Source: Planctomycetota bacterium (GTDB lineage Bacteria > Planctomycetota > Brocadiia > Brocadiales > Brocadiaceae). Taken from it: DNA of 50,694 nt. Below are positions 36,055-45,366 of this stretch, one piece after another (within the stretch, counting starts at the first letter, position 1; every line of letters begins with the position of its first letter). The position numbers and the translations under genes are program-made. Location: assembly GCA_023261445.1 (NCBI GenBank), contig JAHFOX010000005.1, positions 1 through 50,694 of the forward strand. The letters are read 5' to 3'. A model generated the notes under the pieces. That model did no database searches and was not told where the DNA came from. It saw nothing but the letters and a program-made list of their open reading frames with translations.

Positions 36055-37179
36055 ATGAAAATTATTTTTGCAGGCGGTGGCACTGGTGGGCATCTAATGG
36101 TGGGCTTAAGCATAGCAGAAGAGATACGTTCGAGATTTCAGGAATCAGAAATAATTTTTTTTGGAACAGATAAAAAATTTGAAAAACGGTGCGTAGAGCA
36201 GCGTGGATTCCAGTTCCGACAAATGCGTGCAAAAAAATGGGAAAAATCATTCAAACGTATACTTACGTTTGTAGGCGTAACATTTGCGGGCATTATAGAA
36301 TCCCTTCTTGCAATCAGAAAATTTAACCCTGATATTGTAGTCGGTTTGGGCGGATACGCTTCCGTTGCCCCAATTATTGCAGCAAAATTACTCAGCATTC
36401 CATCTGTATTGCTTGAACAAAATGTAATTCCAGGAAAGGCTAATCGGTTTTTGACTAATTGGGTTGATGAAGTATATTGTCACTGGAGAGGATCCCTCAA
36501 ATGGTTCAATAAAGCAAAAATTGTCCGTGTAACGGGAACGCCGATTCGTAAAGACATTTTATATAGCCAAAAAACTATTTCTGCTGAAAAATTCGGATTA
36601 AGTCTATCTAAGAAAACAATACTAATTACAGGAGGAAGCCAAGGAGCACAAGCAATCAATGAAGTTATACTAAAATGTTTGCCTAAGTTAGAACCTTTAT
36701 CAAATGAACTACAAATAATTCACTGTACTGGTGAATACGGTTATGACATTGCTAAAGCGGCATATAAGCAAACAAATATTGATGCATTCGTTTGCAGTTT
36801 TCTTGACGACATGGGGGCTGCCCTCAGTATGGCAGATATAATCATTTGTCGGGCAGGTGCAACTACTATTGCTGAGATCACTTCTTTAGGCATACCGGCC
36901 ATATTAATACCGTATCCACATGCTGCAGATAATCATCAATACTGGAATGCAATGGAACTAGCAAGCAATGGCGGCGGCTATTTACTACAACAAATAGACT
37001 TGACACCCGAAAAAATTATAGAACTTATTACAGACCTTCTCAATAATAAAGAAAAATACAACAGGATGAAAATGTTTAGCAAAGGAATGGGTATTCCTAA
37101 TGCGTCTATAAGTGTCGTTGATAGTCTCTGTAGAGTAATTGGTTTTAAAAGCTCACAATTTGCATTAACTGTTGGTTAA
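36055..37179 (+). CDS. murG: UDP-GlcNAc:lipid I N-acetylglucosaminyltransferase
   Basis: FAGGGTGGH, GGSQGAQAIN, CRAGATTIAEI. Confidence 0.92.
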   Translation: MKIIFAGGGTGGHLMVGLSIAEEIRSRFQESEIIFFGTDKKFEKRCVEQRGFQFRQMRAKKWEKSFKRILTFVGVTFAGIIESLLAIRKFNPDIVVGLGGYASVAPIIAAKLLSIPSVLLEQNVIPGKANRFLTNWVDEVYCHWRGSLKWFNKAKIVRVTGTPIRKDILYSQKTISAEKFGLSLSKKTILITGGSQGAQAINEVILKCLPKLEPLSNELQIIHCTGEYGYDIAKAAYKQTNIDAFVCSFLDDMGAALSMADIIICRAGATTIAEITSLGIPAILIPYPHAADNHQYWNAMELASNGGGYLLQQIDLTPEKIIELITDLLNNKEKYNRMKMFSKGMGIPNASISVVDSLCRVIGFKSSQFALTVG

Positions 37180-37309
37180 TTTATGTATTCTAAGTAAATC
37201 TATCCACGTCTAACTTATGAGCTAGGAATTGTCTTATATGCCAATAAGCACAACAAGAGTTGTGCATTATCTCTAATATAAAAATTTCTGCATAAAAGGG
37301 AACAATGCC

Positions 37310-38755
37310 ATGAATTTATCTGAAGGTATGGACAGGATGCAAACCTACACACCATCATTAGAGAATTTATTTAATCGTATATCTTTACGTGGGCGTTGTG
37401 TATACTTTATAGGTATTGGAGGCATAGGAATGAGTGCGGTTGCGCGTATTCTCATAAATGAAGGCTGCGTTGTTGCTGGTTCAGACGTGCGGCAGTCTTC
37501 CTTGACCTCAACACTAGAGAAAATGGGGGCAAGGATCAACACAAAACAAGACGGTAGTTTTATGTCGTCCGAAACGGACATGGTAGTAATCTCAGCAGCT
37601 ATTTCCGAAGATAATCCAGACCTTAAAACTGCTCGTAAAATGGGTATAAAGGTAGTAAAATATTCCCAAATACTCGGTTCCTTAATGAAGGAGAAACGTG
37701 GCGTTGCCATTAGTGGCACTCATGGAAAAACAACCACAAGCGCAATGGTTTCTACAATATTAAAAATGGCGGGATTAGATCCAACATTTGTTATAGGTGG
37801 AGAAGTACCCGATATCGGTGGGAACTCATATTTAGGAAAAGGGAATCTATTTGTAGCGGAGGCATGCGAGTATGACAGGTCATTTCTAAACCTTGCACCG
37901 CAAGTGGGCGTAATTACAAATATCGAAGAGGACCATCTTGATTATTACGAAAATATTGAAAAAATAATAAATGCCTTTGGCGATTTTGTATCCTTGATTT
38001 CAAAAGATGGATTGCTTGTAGTAAACAGCAATGATGCGAATACAGCGTTTGCTATAAAAAGGGCAAATTGTAGAGTGGAAACGTTTTCTCTGGATAATTC
38101 TTCAGATTGGCGCGGCGAGATACTTTTCACGCGTAATGGTATAAATAAATTTAGTGTTTACAGGAAAGATCAATATTTTGATGATTTTTCGTTACGAATA
38201 CCAGGATCTCACAACATACTTAATGCGCTTGCGGCAACTGCTGTATGTACGTTTGTTGGCGTAAATAAGGATATAATCAAAGCGGCTTTGATGTCCTATA
38301 AAGGAGCTGATAGACGTTTTCAAATTGTTGGTGTAAAAAACAACATAACCGTAATAGATGACTATGCCCACCACCCAACCGAAATAAACGTTACGTTAAA
38401 GGCAGCAAGGGAATTTTATCCAGACAAAAGAATATGGTGCATATTTCAACCCCATCAATACAGTAGAACGCGTCATCTCCTGAATGGATTTGCAAAATCT
38501 TTTCAAAATGCAGACAAGGTAATTTTAGCCGACATCTATGCGGCGCGTGATAGTGAATTTGAGCAAACTGCAATAAATGCTTCAAAATTGTGTGAGGAAA
38601 CTCGCAAGGCGGGTGTAGATGTTCAGTATATACCGCAATTATCTGATATTGTTGATTTCATTTACGCAAACGCAAGACGTGGTGATATTATCATAACAAT
38701 GGGCGCAGGTAATATATGGAAAGTCGCTTATGATTTAGTTTCAAAACTAGGATAA
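37310..38755 (+). CDS. murC: UDP-N-acetylmuramate--L-alanine ligase
   Basis: GIGGIGMSAVARIL, GTHGKTTTSAM, DDYAHHPTEI. Confidence 0.92.
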   Translation: MNLSEGMDRMQTYTPSLENLFNRISLRGRCVYFIGIGGIGMSAVARILINEGCVVAGSDVRQSSLTSTLEKMGARINTKQDGSFMSSETDMVVISAAISEDNPDLKTARKMGIKVVKYSQILGSLMKEKRGVAISGTHGKTTTSAMVSTILKMAGLDPTFVIGGEVPDIGGNSYLGKGNLFVAEACEYDRSFLNLAPQVGVITNIEEDHLDYYENIEKIINAFGDFVSLISKDGLLVVNSNDANTAFAIKRANCRVETFSLDNSSDWRGEILFTRNGINKFSVYRKDQYFDDFSLRIPGSHNILNALAATAVCTFVGVNKDIIKAALMSYKGADRRFQIVGVKNNITVIDDYAHHPTEINVTLKAAREFYPDKRIWCIFQPHQYSRTRHLLNGFAKSFQNADKVILADIYAARDSEFEQTAINASKLCEETRKAGVDVQYIPQLSDIVDFIYANARRGDIIITMGAGNIWKVAYDLVSKLG

Positions 38756-38766
38756 AGGGGAATGAG

Positions 38767-39762
38767 ATGAAGCCAAAAAATATTGTTGTGCTAATGGGTG
38801 GTATATCTCCTGAGCGTGAAGTGTCTTTGCGTTCTGGTAGCGCCGTGGCAAAGGCATTAACTGAAGCGGGATTTAACGTCTCTTGTATTGATGTGAAGGA
38901 TGAAAAAATCGAAGAACTAGAACACATGGAAATAGATGTTGCATTTATTGCCTTACATGGATATTTTGGTGAAGATGGCGGGGTACAAGAACTTTTAGAA
39001 TCAAAAGGAATTCTATATACCGGTTCGGGAATAAATGCCAGCAAACTTGCTATGGATAAATTGGCAACCAAAAAACGTTTTATCAGTGCAGGACTTACAA
39101 CTCCAAGCTATATTACCGTAACTGAGTTTCAGGAATTTGTGGAAATAGAACAAGAAGTAAACAAGCTTGGACTACCGGTAGTGTTGAAACCCACAAGAAA
39201 TGGTTCTAGTATAGGCATATCAATAATTAAAGATATTAAAAATCTTAAAACAGGTTTGGAAAAGGCATTTGAGTTTGGATATGAACTCCTTATCGAAAAA
39301 TATATAAAGGGCAGGGAACTAACCGTCGGCATATTAGATGACAAGGCATTACCCATTATTGAAATAAAACCAGCGGTGGAGTTTTATAATTATGACGCCA
39401 AATATAAAGACAATAGAACAGAATATCTAATCGTAAAACCGAACTCAGAAAGAAACGCAAACGATCTTCTAAACAATATCGAGTTTCTTCCGCTTTCTGC
39501 ATACAATGAAGCACAGGAACTCGCTTTAAATGCGCACAAAGTCCTTGGTTGCAGGGGATTTTCCAGAGTAGATATGTTGATGGACAATGCCGGTAAGTTT
39601 TATTTGTTGGAAGTAAATACAATCCCTGGTTTTACTGAGAAAAGTTTACTGCCTAAAGCAGCAAAAGCGGCAGGTATATCTTTTCCTTTATTATGCAAAA
39701 AGATTACAGAAATCGCTTTTCATAATAGTCTTGTAAGTACAGATGCATCAATACAAAATTAA
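38767..39762 (+). CDS. ddl: D-alanine--D-alanine ligase
   Basis: GGISPEREVSLRSG, ATP-grasp core, EVNTIPGFTEKS. Confidence 0.92.
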   Translation: MKPKNIVVLMGGISPEREVSLRSGSAVAKALTEAGFNVSCIDVKDEKIEELEHMEIDVAFIALHGYFGEDGGVQELLESKGILYTGSGINASKLAMDKLATKKRFISAGLTTPSYITVTEFQEFVEIEQEVNKLGLPVVLKPTRNGSSIGISIIKDIKNLKTGLEKAFEFGYELLIEKYIKGRELTVGILDDKALPIIEIKPAVEFYNYDAKYKDNRTEYLIVKPNSERNANDLLNNIEFLPLSAYNEAQELALNAHKVLGCRGFSRVDMLMDNAGKFYLLEVNTIPGFTEKSLLPKAAKAAGISFPLLCKKITEIAFHNSLVSTDASIQN

Positions 39763-39820
39763 AAACATTATAAATAGCACTTCCAATCACAAGCCTTTTT
39801 TGAATTTCCTTTCAACTAAA

Positions 39821-40687
39821 ATGGAAAAACAAAAAAGGCTTCTATACTCCTTTCTTTTACTGTTTTTTGTATCTGCATGTATAATAATTTTACCTATATG
39901 GGGAATGAAGCGCATTTGGCATTCAACGACAGACTTAAATGTTTTCAAGGTTAGTCCCTCTACTTTTTCTTTCAACACGCCGTCCTGGGTAACAGAGCGT
40001 TTCACTAATGATATAAAACACGTATCAGCCATAAACGAATACTATGGTATATTTGAAAACAACTTGACTCCGAAAATAGCAGACGTTTATGGTGGAATTG
40101 TCTTGATTAAGAAAGTGGATTCGATCAAAAGGATATTTCCTAATAAATTAAATATTAAACTCGTTTTACGCAAACCAACAGCAGTAGTTAAAAGCGGACG
40201 CAACACTTATCTCGTGGATGACGACGGCGTATTATTACCAAAAGAGTATTACATATTACCAAATGCAGAATACGATAGTCCATATATCCAAAATAATAAA
40301 CCTGCAAGGCTGCCTCTATATGGAAGCGAGTGGAACGATAAGGGAATTAAAGCCGGAATTGAATTAATTAAATTTCTAAGGGCAAATAACATTCATAACA
40401 TCTTCAAGATTTTGGCGGTAGATGTATCAAATGTGTGTAAAAAAAGAACCACAGGCAAGAGTGATATTATTCTGTGGACGGAGAATAATACACAAATACG
40501 ATGGGGATGCTCTCCCCTGTGTAACGAACCGAACGAACTCTCTGATAAAGAAAAGCTACAAAACCTCCTAAGTATTGCAAAATCAGAAGGAACCCATCTG
40601 AAAATGATGGACTATGTTGATGTTCGTTGGAAAAAACCTTTAGGTAAACGATGGGCAAAGGTTAACGATGCAAGAGAAGATCGTTAG
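39821..40687 (+). CDS. ftsQ: FtsQ-like cell-division protein (TM + POTRA)
   Basis: From ATG 39821: MEKQKRLLYSFLLLFFVSACIIILPIWG (TM), then a POTRA-like segment (VDSIKRIFPNKLNIKLVLRKPTAVV...YLVDDDGVLL). Position after ddl. Confidence 0.72.
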   Translation: MEKQKRLLYSFLLLFFVSACIIILPIWGMKRIWHSTTDLNVFKVSPSTFSFNTPSWVTERFTNDIKHVSAINEYYGIFENNLTPKIADVYGGIVLIKKVDSIKRIFPNKLNIKLVLRKPTAVVKSGRNTYLVDDDGVLLPKEYYILPNAEYDSPYIQNNKPARLPLYGSEWNDKGIKAGIELIKFLRANNIHNIFKILAVDVSNVCKKRTTGKSDIILWTENNTQIRWGCSPLCNEPNELSDKEKLQNLLSIAKSEGTHLKMMDYVDVRWKKPLGKRWAKVNDAREDR

Positions 40688-40699
40688 AAAACATATCTT

Positions 40700-41437
40700 T
40701 CATGGTAAATCAGGATTCTCCGGGTCCCAAATCAATTCCTGCCCTGCTTGTCTATTTGGCCACCCCTTATTCGTTTTACCGTCTGAATTACCATTCTGTA
40801 TGCGTTCCACATGACCATCCATAAAAAGAATGTTAGCACCTTTTGAGTGCCTCTGTGCAACACTTCCATACGACCCTTCAAATTTATTCGCTACTGCGGT
40901 ACTATAATTTCCACTACTATTATAGATATTCCCATCAAACAGCAATACGGTCTTTGTAGGATTTTCAATAGTTTCAATAGATCGTTGACACTCAGAGTCT
41001 GATACAAGATTTTGATTCATCTTTATTGTGCGAGTTGCATCCTGATTGGAAACAGGTATTGTTTTGAAAATAGGATCTTGTTTTACAAACATAAGTCGTT
41101 CTTCTAATAAAATTTCGTCCCTTTGGCTAGAAGGTTGTAATGCTGATAAATAATTATCAACGGCTTTAAACCAAACCTCACCACTGCAGTTTTTTGTGCC
41201 ATCTTTACTTGTATCACTATTATTAGATCGTGGCAACAAACCATTATTGTCGTTTGCATATTGTTCAAATGCAATGAACAACTGTCGCATGTTATTGACA
41301 CACTCGATATGTTGAGCCTTATGACTGGCTACGTTGAGGACTGGGAAAATGATACCAGCAAGAATAGTAACTATACCAACAACTATCAACAACTCAACAA
41401 GTATAAGTCCTTGTTTTTTAGGAATAAATGGCTTCAT
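40700..41437 (-). CDS. Prepilin-type N-terminal domain protein of the DUF1559 / H-X9-DG family (pseudopilin-like)
   Basis: N-terminus KKQG|LILVELLIVVGIVTILAGIIFPVL (Gly-1, Glu+5). C-terminal RHSKGANILFMDGHV is an exact H-x9-DG motif. Confidence 0.85.
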   Translation of the reverse strand: MKPFIPKKQGLILVELLIVVGIVTILAGIIFPVLNVASHKAQHIECVNNMRQLFIAFEQYANDNNGLLPRSNNSDTSKDGTKNCSGEVWFKAVDNYLSALQPSSQRDEILLEERLMFVKQDPIFKTIPVSNQDATRTIKMNQNLVSDSECQRSIETIENPTKTVLLFDGNIYNSSGNYSTAVANKFEGSYGSVAQRHSKGANILFMDGHVERIQNGNSDGKTNKGWPNRQAGQELIWDPENPDLP

Positions 41438-41772
41438 AAACCACTATGCCCCCCCTGTCACTGTTGATAATACGTATAATAAAGTATCGTTATAGCAAAC
41501 TTCTTCGCTATTGAAACCCTACTTCGTATCAAAGAATTGGTTCGGGGTAATCTTACGCTATCCCATAATTTATAGATAGTATTTACAGAAATCAAGTGAA
41601 TACCACAACAATATTAGACTAAAAGAACCTTTTAAATATTACTACCAAAAGCATACCACTAAATTCCCTTGAACACCTTGAAATTCGTGATAGAATCGGG
41701 GAAAATTAACACTTTAATAACGTTTTAAAAAATGTACAAACGACTTTGAAACACTGCATTTCACAAAAATAT

Positions 41773-41800
41773 TTGACTTTTTATAGTGTATTGTTAGAAT
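41773..41800 (+). promoter_or_regulatory. Sigma70-like promoter for tRNA-Leu
   Basis: TTGACT (41773-41778), 16-nt spacer, TAGAAT (41795-41800), 45 nt upstream of the tRNA 5' end. A second similar unit, TTGAAC-N16-TAGAAT, lies at 41669-41696. Confidence 0.45.
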
Positions 41801-41845
41801 TGTTAAGTAGTTTCATTTTAATCAGATACGAACAATTCTTTGAAT

Positions 41846-41932
41846 GCGGAAGTGGCGGAATCGGCAGACGCGCTAGTTTGAGGGGCTAGTCCCGCTTATA
41901 CCGGGGTGGGGGTTCAAGTCCCCCCTTCCGCA
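41846..41932 (+). tRNA. tRNA-Leu (anticodon GAG), type II with long variable arm
   Basis: Hand fold: acceptor GCGGAAG/CTTCCGC. Anticodon stem CTAGT/GCTAG with loop TTGAGGG (GAG at positions 34-36). Variable arm CCCG...CGGG. T-arm GGGGG-TTCAAGT-CCCCC. Discriminator A. CCA not encoded. Closely resembles E. coli tRNA-Leu in the D and T arms. Confidence 0.9.
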
Positions 41933-42082
41933 TCACGCTGCGCTTACCTGTCAGTATAGTTAAACTTAAACGTATTAACTTTGAAATAAATTTAGTTGTA
42001 CTTCCTTTTAATAAATGACATAAATAAGAAGTACGGTTGTATAGTAATTGAAAAGTTTATCCACTCACTGGAGAATAAATTG

Positions 42083-44107
42083 ATGAGTAAATACCTTCTC
42101 TTAAGCCTAGTGTTTCTTATCTTTTTTGGAATTGGTTGTAAAGAGACGCAGACAAAACAATCCGATTTTACACCATTTAGGAAGCCCGTAACTCTTTCCA
42201 CAACGACTGAAGAGGCGGAAAAAAGGGCTTGGGAATATGAAATTTCAACTGAAAAAAGGGGCGCGGCTGAGGGAAAAAAAGAAGCCATACCAAGTGAGTT
42301 TTTATATGCAGAGGAACGGAAAAAGCCTGAACCCTCTCTTCGTAAACCCGAATATACTGGAGATAAAGTTGATATTGCCTTCAATTTCGATAACGCAGAA
42401 ATAAAGGATGTGTTACACATTATATTGGGTGGAATTCTTAACGTAAACTATATCTTAGATAAAAGAGTCGGAGGACCTATAAACCTTCATGCTACAGGAA
42501 GGGTTTATAAAGAAGAGCTTCTTTCAATGCTCAACACGTTGCTTTACGTGTATGATTTTTCAATAATAAAAGATGGTGATATATATAGAGTTCTTCCAAG
42601 GGCAGATGCCAAACTGGACTCAAACATCATTATAACCGGAGACAAAATCCCTCCCTCAAGCAAAGATATAATAACTCAAATAGTCCCTCTCGAATATGAA
42701 AGCCCGAAAAATCTGAATCCCACAATAAGGCCATTTATGTCAAATCTTGGGAATATTATTAATCATGGCGATTCTAAATATCTCATACTTATTGACCATG
42801 CCTCAAATATGGAGAAACTACTTACATTAATAAAGACATTTGATGTGCCGTTTTTTGCAGGTAAAGCCATAAAAATTTATGATTTCAAATATGCTGACGC
42901 AAGAAATATGGCTAAAGACCTTGCTACTCTTGCACAATCTTTAGGAGCGAAAGCAGGTCCTGATGCCGAATTTAGTTGTGTCCCATTTACGGAATCGAAT
43001 AAGATGATGATTGTTACCAAGATACCTGAACTTTTACCTAAAATAGATATCTGGATAAAAAGTATTGATGTTCCTCCGACGGAATTAGAAGAAGACCCTC
43101 ACCTTTACATATATAAAGTTCAACATCAAAAGGCTGAAACGATCGTGCCGATTCTATCACAAATATACAAAGAAAAAATAGCTGAGCAACCGAGACCGTA
43201 TGGCAAGAAACAACTCGAACCAATGAAAATTATAGCCGAGCCAAAAACAAATGCAATCGTAATTAAATCATTACCAAGCGATTATAGAGGTATGAAAGCA
43301 ATAATAGAAGCTATGGACGCCACCCCACAACAAGTGTTTATTGAAGCTATGATTATAGAAGTGGATCTTAGTAGTAGTTTGGACTATGGAACAGAATGGT
43401 CATGGGATTTGGGAAATGGCATTAATTTATTTGGATTGGGGGACATTAAAAAGACTTCTGAAACACCAACCATAACATATACTAAAGGTAATTTTGAAAT
43501 CTTGATGGATATTCTAGCAACAAATACTAATGCAAAGATACTATCTGCACCTCATCTCCTTGTGCGAGACGAACAATCTGCAAATATACAAGTTGGTAAC
43601 GAAGTACCCATTCTTGCAAGTTCTGGTCAACAATCAGGCACTACGGTTACATTTGAACAGGTACAATATCGTGATACAGGCATCATTCTTACTGTAACTC
43701 CTCATATTGCTGAAAATGATTTTATCACACTTGATGTAAAACAGGAAGTAAGCAATGCCGAAGAAACAACTACTGGTGTTAGTAATTCACCAACCTTTTC
43801 CACACGTAATGCAGAAACTTCCTTAATAATAAAGAGTGGCCATACAATAAGCTTAGGTGGCATAATTGAGCAAAAAGATGAAAAAAGCACAAGTAAAATA
43901 CCACTCCTAGGTGATATCCCCTTTTTGGGAAATTTGTTTAAATCTACTTCTATTGCAACACGAAGAACAGAGTTAATAATGTTGATAACACCTTATATAG
44001 CTAACAATGCAGAAGAAGCGGACTCACTAACCACTGCTTTCCAAAAGAAGCTAAAGGAAATTGAACCGTTAATAACCCAGAGGACAAATGAGGTTGAAAA
44101 ATACTAA
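42083..44107 (+). CDS. gspD: Secretin (GspD/PilQ family), predicted lipoprotein
   Basis: From ATG 42083 (GGAGA RBS): MSKYLLLSLVFLIFFGIGC lipobox. N0-like domain IAFNFDNAEIKDVLHIILGGILNVNYILDKRVGG. Secretin core ILSAPHLLVRDEQSANIQVGNEVPI and IPLLGDIPFLGNLFKSTS...RTELIMLITPYI. Confidence 0.88.
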   Translation: MSKYLLLSLVFLIFFGIGCKETQTKQSDFTPFRKPVTLSTTTEEAEKRAWEYEISTEKRGAAEGKKEAIPSEFLYAEERKKPEPSLRKPEYTGDKVDIAFNFDNAEIKDVLHIILGGILNVNYILDKRVGGPINLHATGRVYKEELLSMLNTLLYVYDFSIIKDGDIYRVLPRADAKLDSNIIITGDKIPPSSKDIITQIVPLEYESPKNLNPTIRPFMSNLGNIINHGDSKYLILIDHASNMEKLLTLIKTFDVPFFAGKAIKIYDFKYADARNMAKDLATLAQSLGAKAGPDAEFSCVPFTESNKMMIVTKIPELLPKIDIWIKSIDVPPTELEEDPHLYIYKVQHQKAETIVPILSQIYKEKIAEQPRPYGKKQLEPMKIIAEPKTNAIVIKSLPSDYRGMKAIIEAMDATPQQVFIEAMIIEVDLSSSLDYGTEWSWDLGNGINLFGLGDIKKTSETPTITYTKGNFEILMDILATNTNAKILSAPHLLVRDEQSANIQVGNEVPILASSGQQSGTTVTFEQVQYRDTGIILTVTPHIAENDFITLDVKQEVSNAEETTTGVSNSPTFSTRNAETSLIIKSGHTISLGGIIEQKDEKSTSKIPLLGDIPFLGNLFKSTSIATRRTELIMLITPYIANNAEEADSLTTAFQKKLKEIEPLITQRTNEVEKY

Positions 44108-44585
44108 TACAGTCAGCCGCGGCGGTTTTACTATCCTTGAGGTCATGATAGCGCTTGCAATCATTGGAATATCCGTTGGCATTTTTTTTGGTTTGATTGG
44201 AAATTCCTCAAAGTTAAGGGGGAAAATTGATGAGCATACAAAATTCCTACTCCTTGCCAGAACAAAGATGGAAGAGTCCTACTTGGGAATACTTGGTAAA
44301 AAACCTACAGAACTACATGAAGAAACTATCGAAAAAAAGAATATTGAGGGCACAACAAATGATGGAATCAAATGGGAAGTATCGGAAATAAATAAGCGTA
44401 AAGAAGCTTTAGAAAAAATAAAGAATATGTATTTATCGGACACGGATAAAGCTATGATAGAATTGCCTCCTAAAGGGGCCAGAATTCTTAGTATAGTTGT
44501 TGAAGGAATAAACATTGACACAGTTTATTTTACCGCAGAATCTGAAGAAGACGAATCAGAGATGGAGGATAATTTATCAGAGTAG
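44088..44585 (+). CDS. Minor pseudopilin (GspI/GspH-like) with acidic C-terminal tail
   Basis: Prepilin leader MRLKNTNTVSRGG|FTILEVMIALAIIGISVG (Gly-1, Glu+5). C-terminus ESEEDESEMEDNLSE. Confidence 0.72.
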   Translation: MRLKNTNTVSRGGFTILEVMIALAIIGISVGIFFGLIGNSSKLRGKIDEHTKFLLLARTKMEESYLGILGKKPTELHEETIEKKNIEGTTNDGIKWEVSEINKRKEALEKIKNMYLSDTDKAMIELPPKGARILSIVVEGINIDTVYFTAESEEDESEMEDNLSE

Positions 44586-44613
44586 ACACCGCTTTTTACA
44601 AAAAGGTTAAAAA

Positions 44614-45366
44614 ATGAAACGTAAAGAAGGCTTTACCTTATTTGAACTACTAATAGCTATATTCATTGGTACAATTTTGATCATGTCCGGTGCTTATGCA
44701 ATAAGATCAGGTTTGTTTTCTATGGAAAGAGAAGAGTCTTGGTATAATGACACAACAAAGGAAAAGGCTGCTTTTGATTTTTTCTGGCAGCAGGTCACTT
44801 CATTACGTATTCAAAACATTCCAAAAAAGACTGATCTGCTAACCGAAATAGATGAAAAAACCAAGAAAAAGACCTCTGCCTTTTTTATAGGAGAAAAAGA
44901 TTCTATTACATTTATTTCACCTCTTTCTTTCAGAAAACATTATGGTCTGGGATTAATAATAGCCAATTACTTAGTCAAATTAAATATTGATAATGGCTTG
45001 TGGGATCTCATTTACACAGAAACAAAAGTCAATCCAAAAACATTAATTAAATTATCCGAAGAACCCGAAAGCAGCATAAGCATATTTAAAGATAACACCA
45101 CGTTTCTCAGTGATTGCACAACGATTTCATTCGCATATCTTGATGCGGCAAAGAATAAAACTGGAGAAGGATCAGATCTCGAAGATACCACAGAGGAACC
45201 CGTTCAAGATGCCGATATTATAGAAGGTACAAATTTAACATGGAAAGAAAAAGTAACAGGAAGAATCCCGATGGCGGTAAAGTTGGCAGTATCAAAAAAT
45301 GGAAGGGAGCTAGAGCTTATATCTCCGATCATGGTTACGTCCTCATTTTTAGCCTTTGGGCAATAG
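44614..45366 (+). CDS. Minor pseudopilin (GspJ-like)
   Basis: MKRKEG|FTLFELLIAIFIGTILIMSG prepilin N-terminus. About 250 aa. C-terminal IPMAVKLAVSKNGRELELISPI resembles GspJ ends. Confidence 0.68.
   Translation: MKRKEGFTLFELLIAIFIGTILIMSGAYAIRSGLFSMEREESWYNDTTKEKAAFDFFWQQVTSLRIQNIPKKTDLLTEIDEKTKKKTSAFFIGEKDSITFISPLSFRKHYGLGLIIANYLVKLNIDNGLWDLIYTETKVNPKTLIKLSEEPESSISIFKDNTTFLSDCTTISFAYLDAAKNKTGEGSDLEDTTEEPVQDADIIEGTNLTWKEKVTGRIPMAVKLAVSKNGRELELISPIMVTSSFLAFGQ

Noticed and set aside
35987-36058. 23-codon ORF (MVMKQRKYRNLIVLIYLCWRYKK) ending in an ATGA overlap with the murG start
   Set aside because: No RBS, AT-rich context where such ORFs arise by chance, and no supporting motif. Noted only as a possible leader peptide.
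41669-41696. Second TTGAAC-N16-TAGAAT unit 100 bp upstream of the tRNA promoter as a separate sRNA promoter
   Set aside because: No terminator or structured segment lies between it and the tRNA promoter. More simply it is a tandem or spurious promoter-like sequence in AT-rich DNA.
45330-45350. Programmed -1 frameshift fusing the GspJ-like and GspK-like ORFs at the A-TTT-TTA run
   Set aside because: The heptamer does not satisfy X-XXY-YYZ (preceding base is A, not T). No downstream pseudoknot or hairpin was seen. Both proteins are normally separate. Kept only as a start-site or indel caveat.
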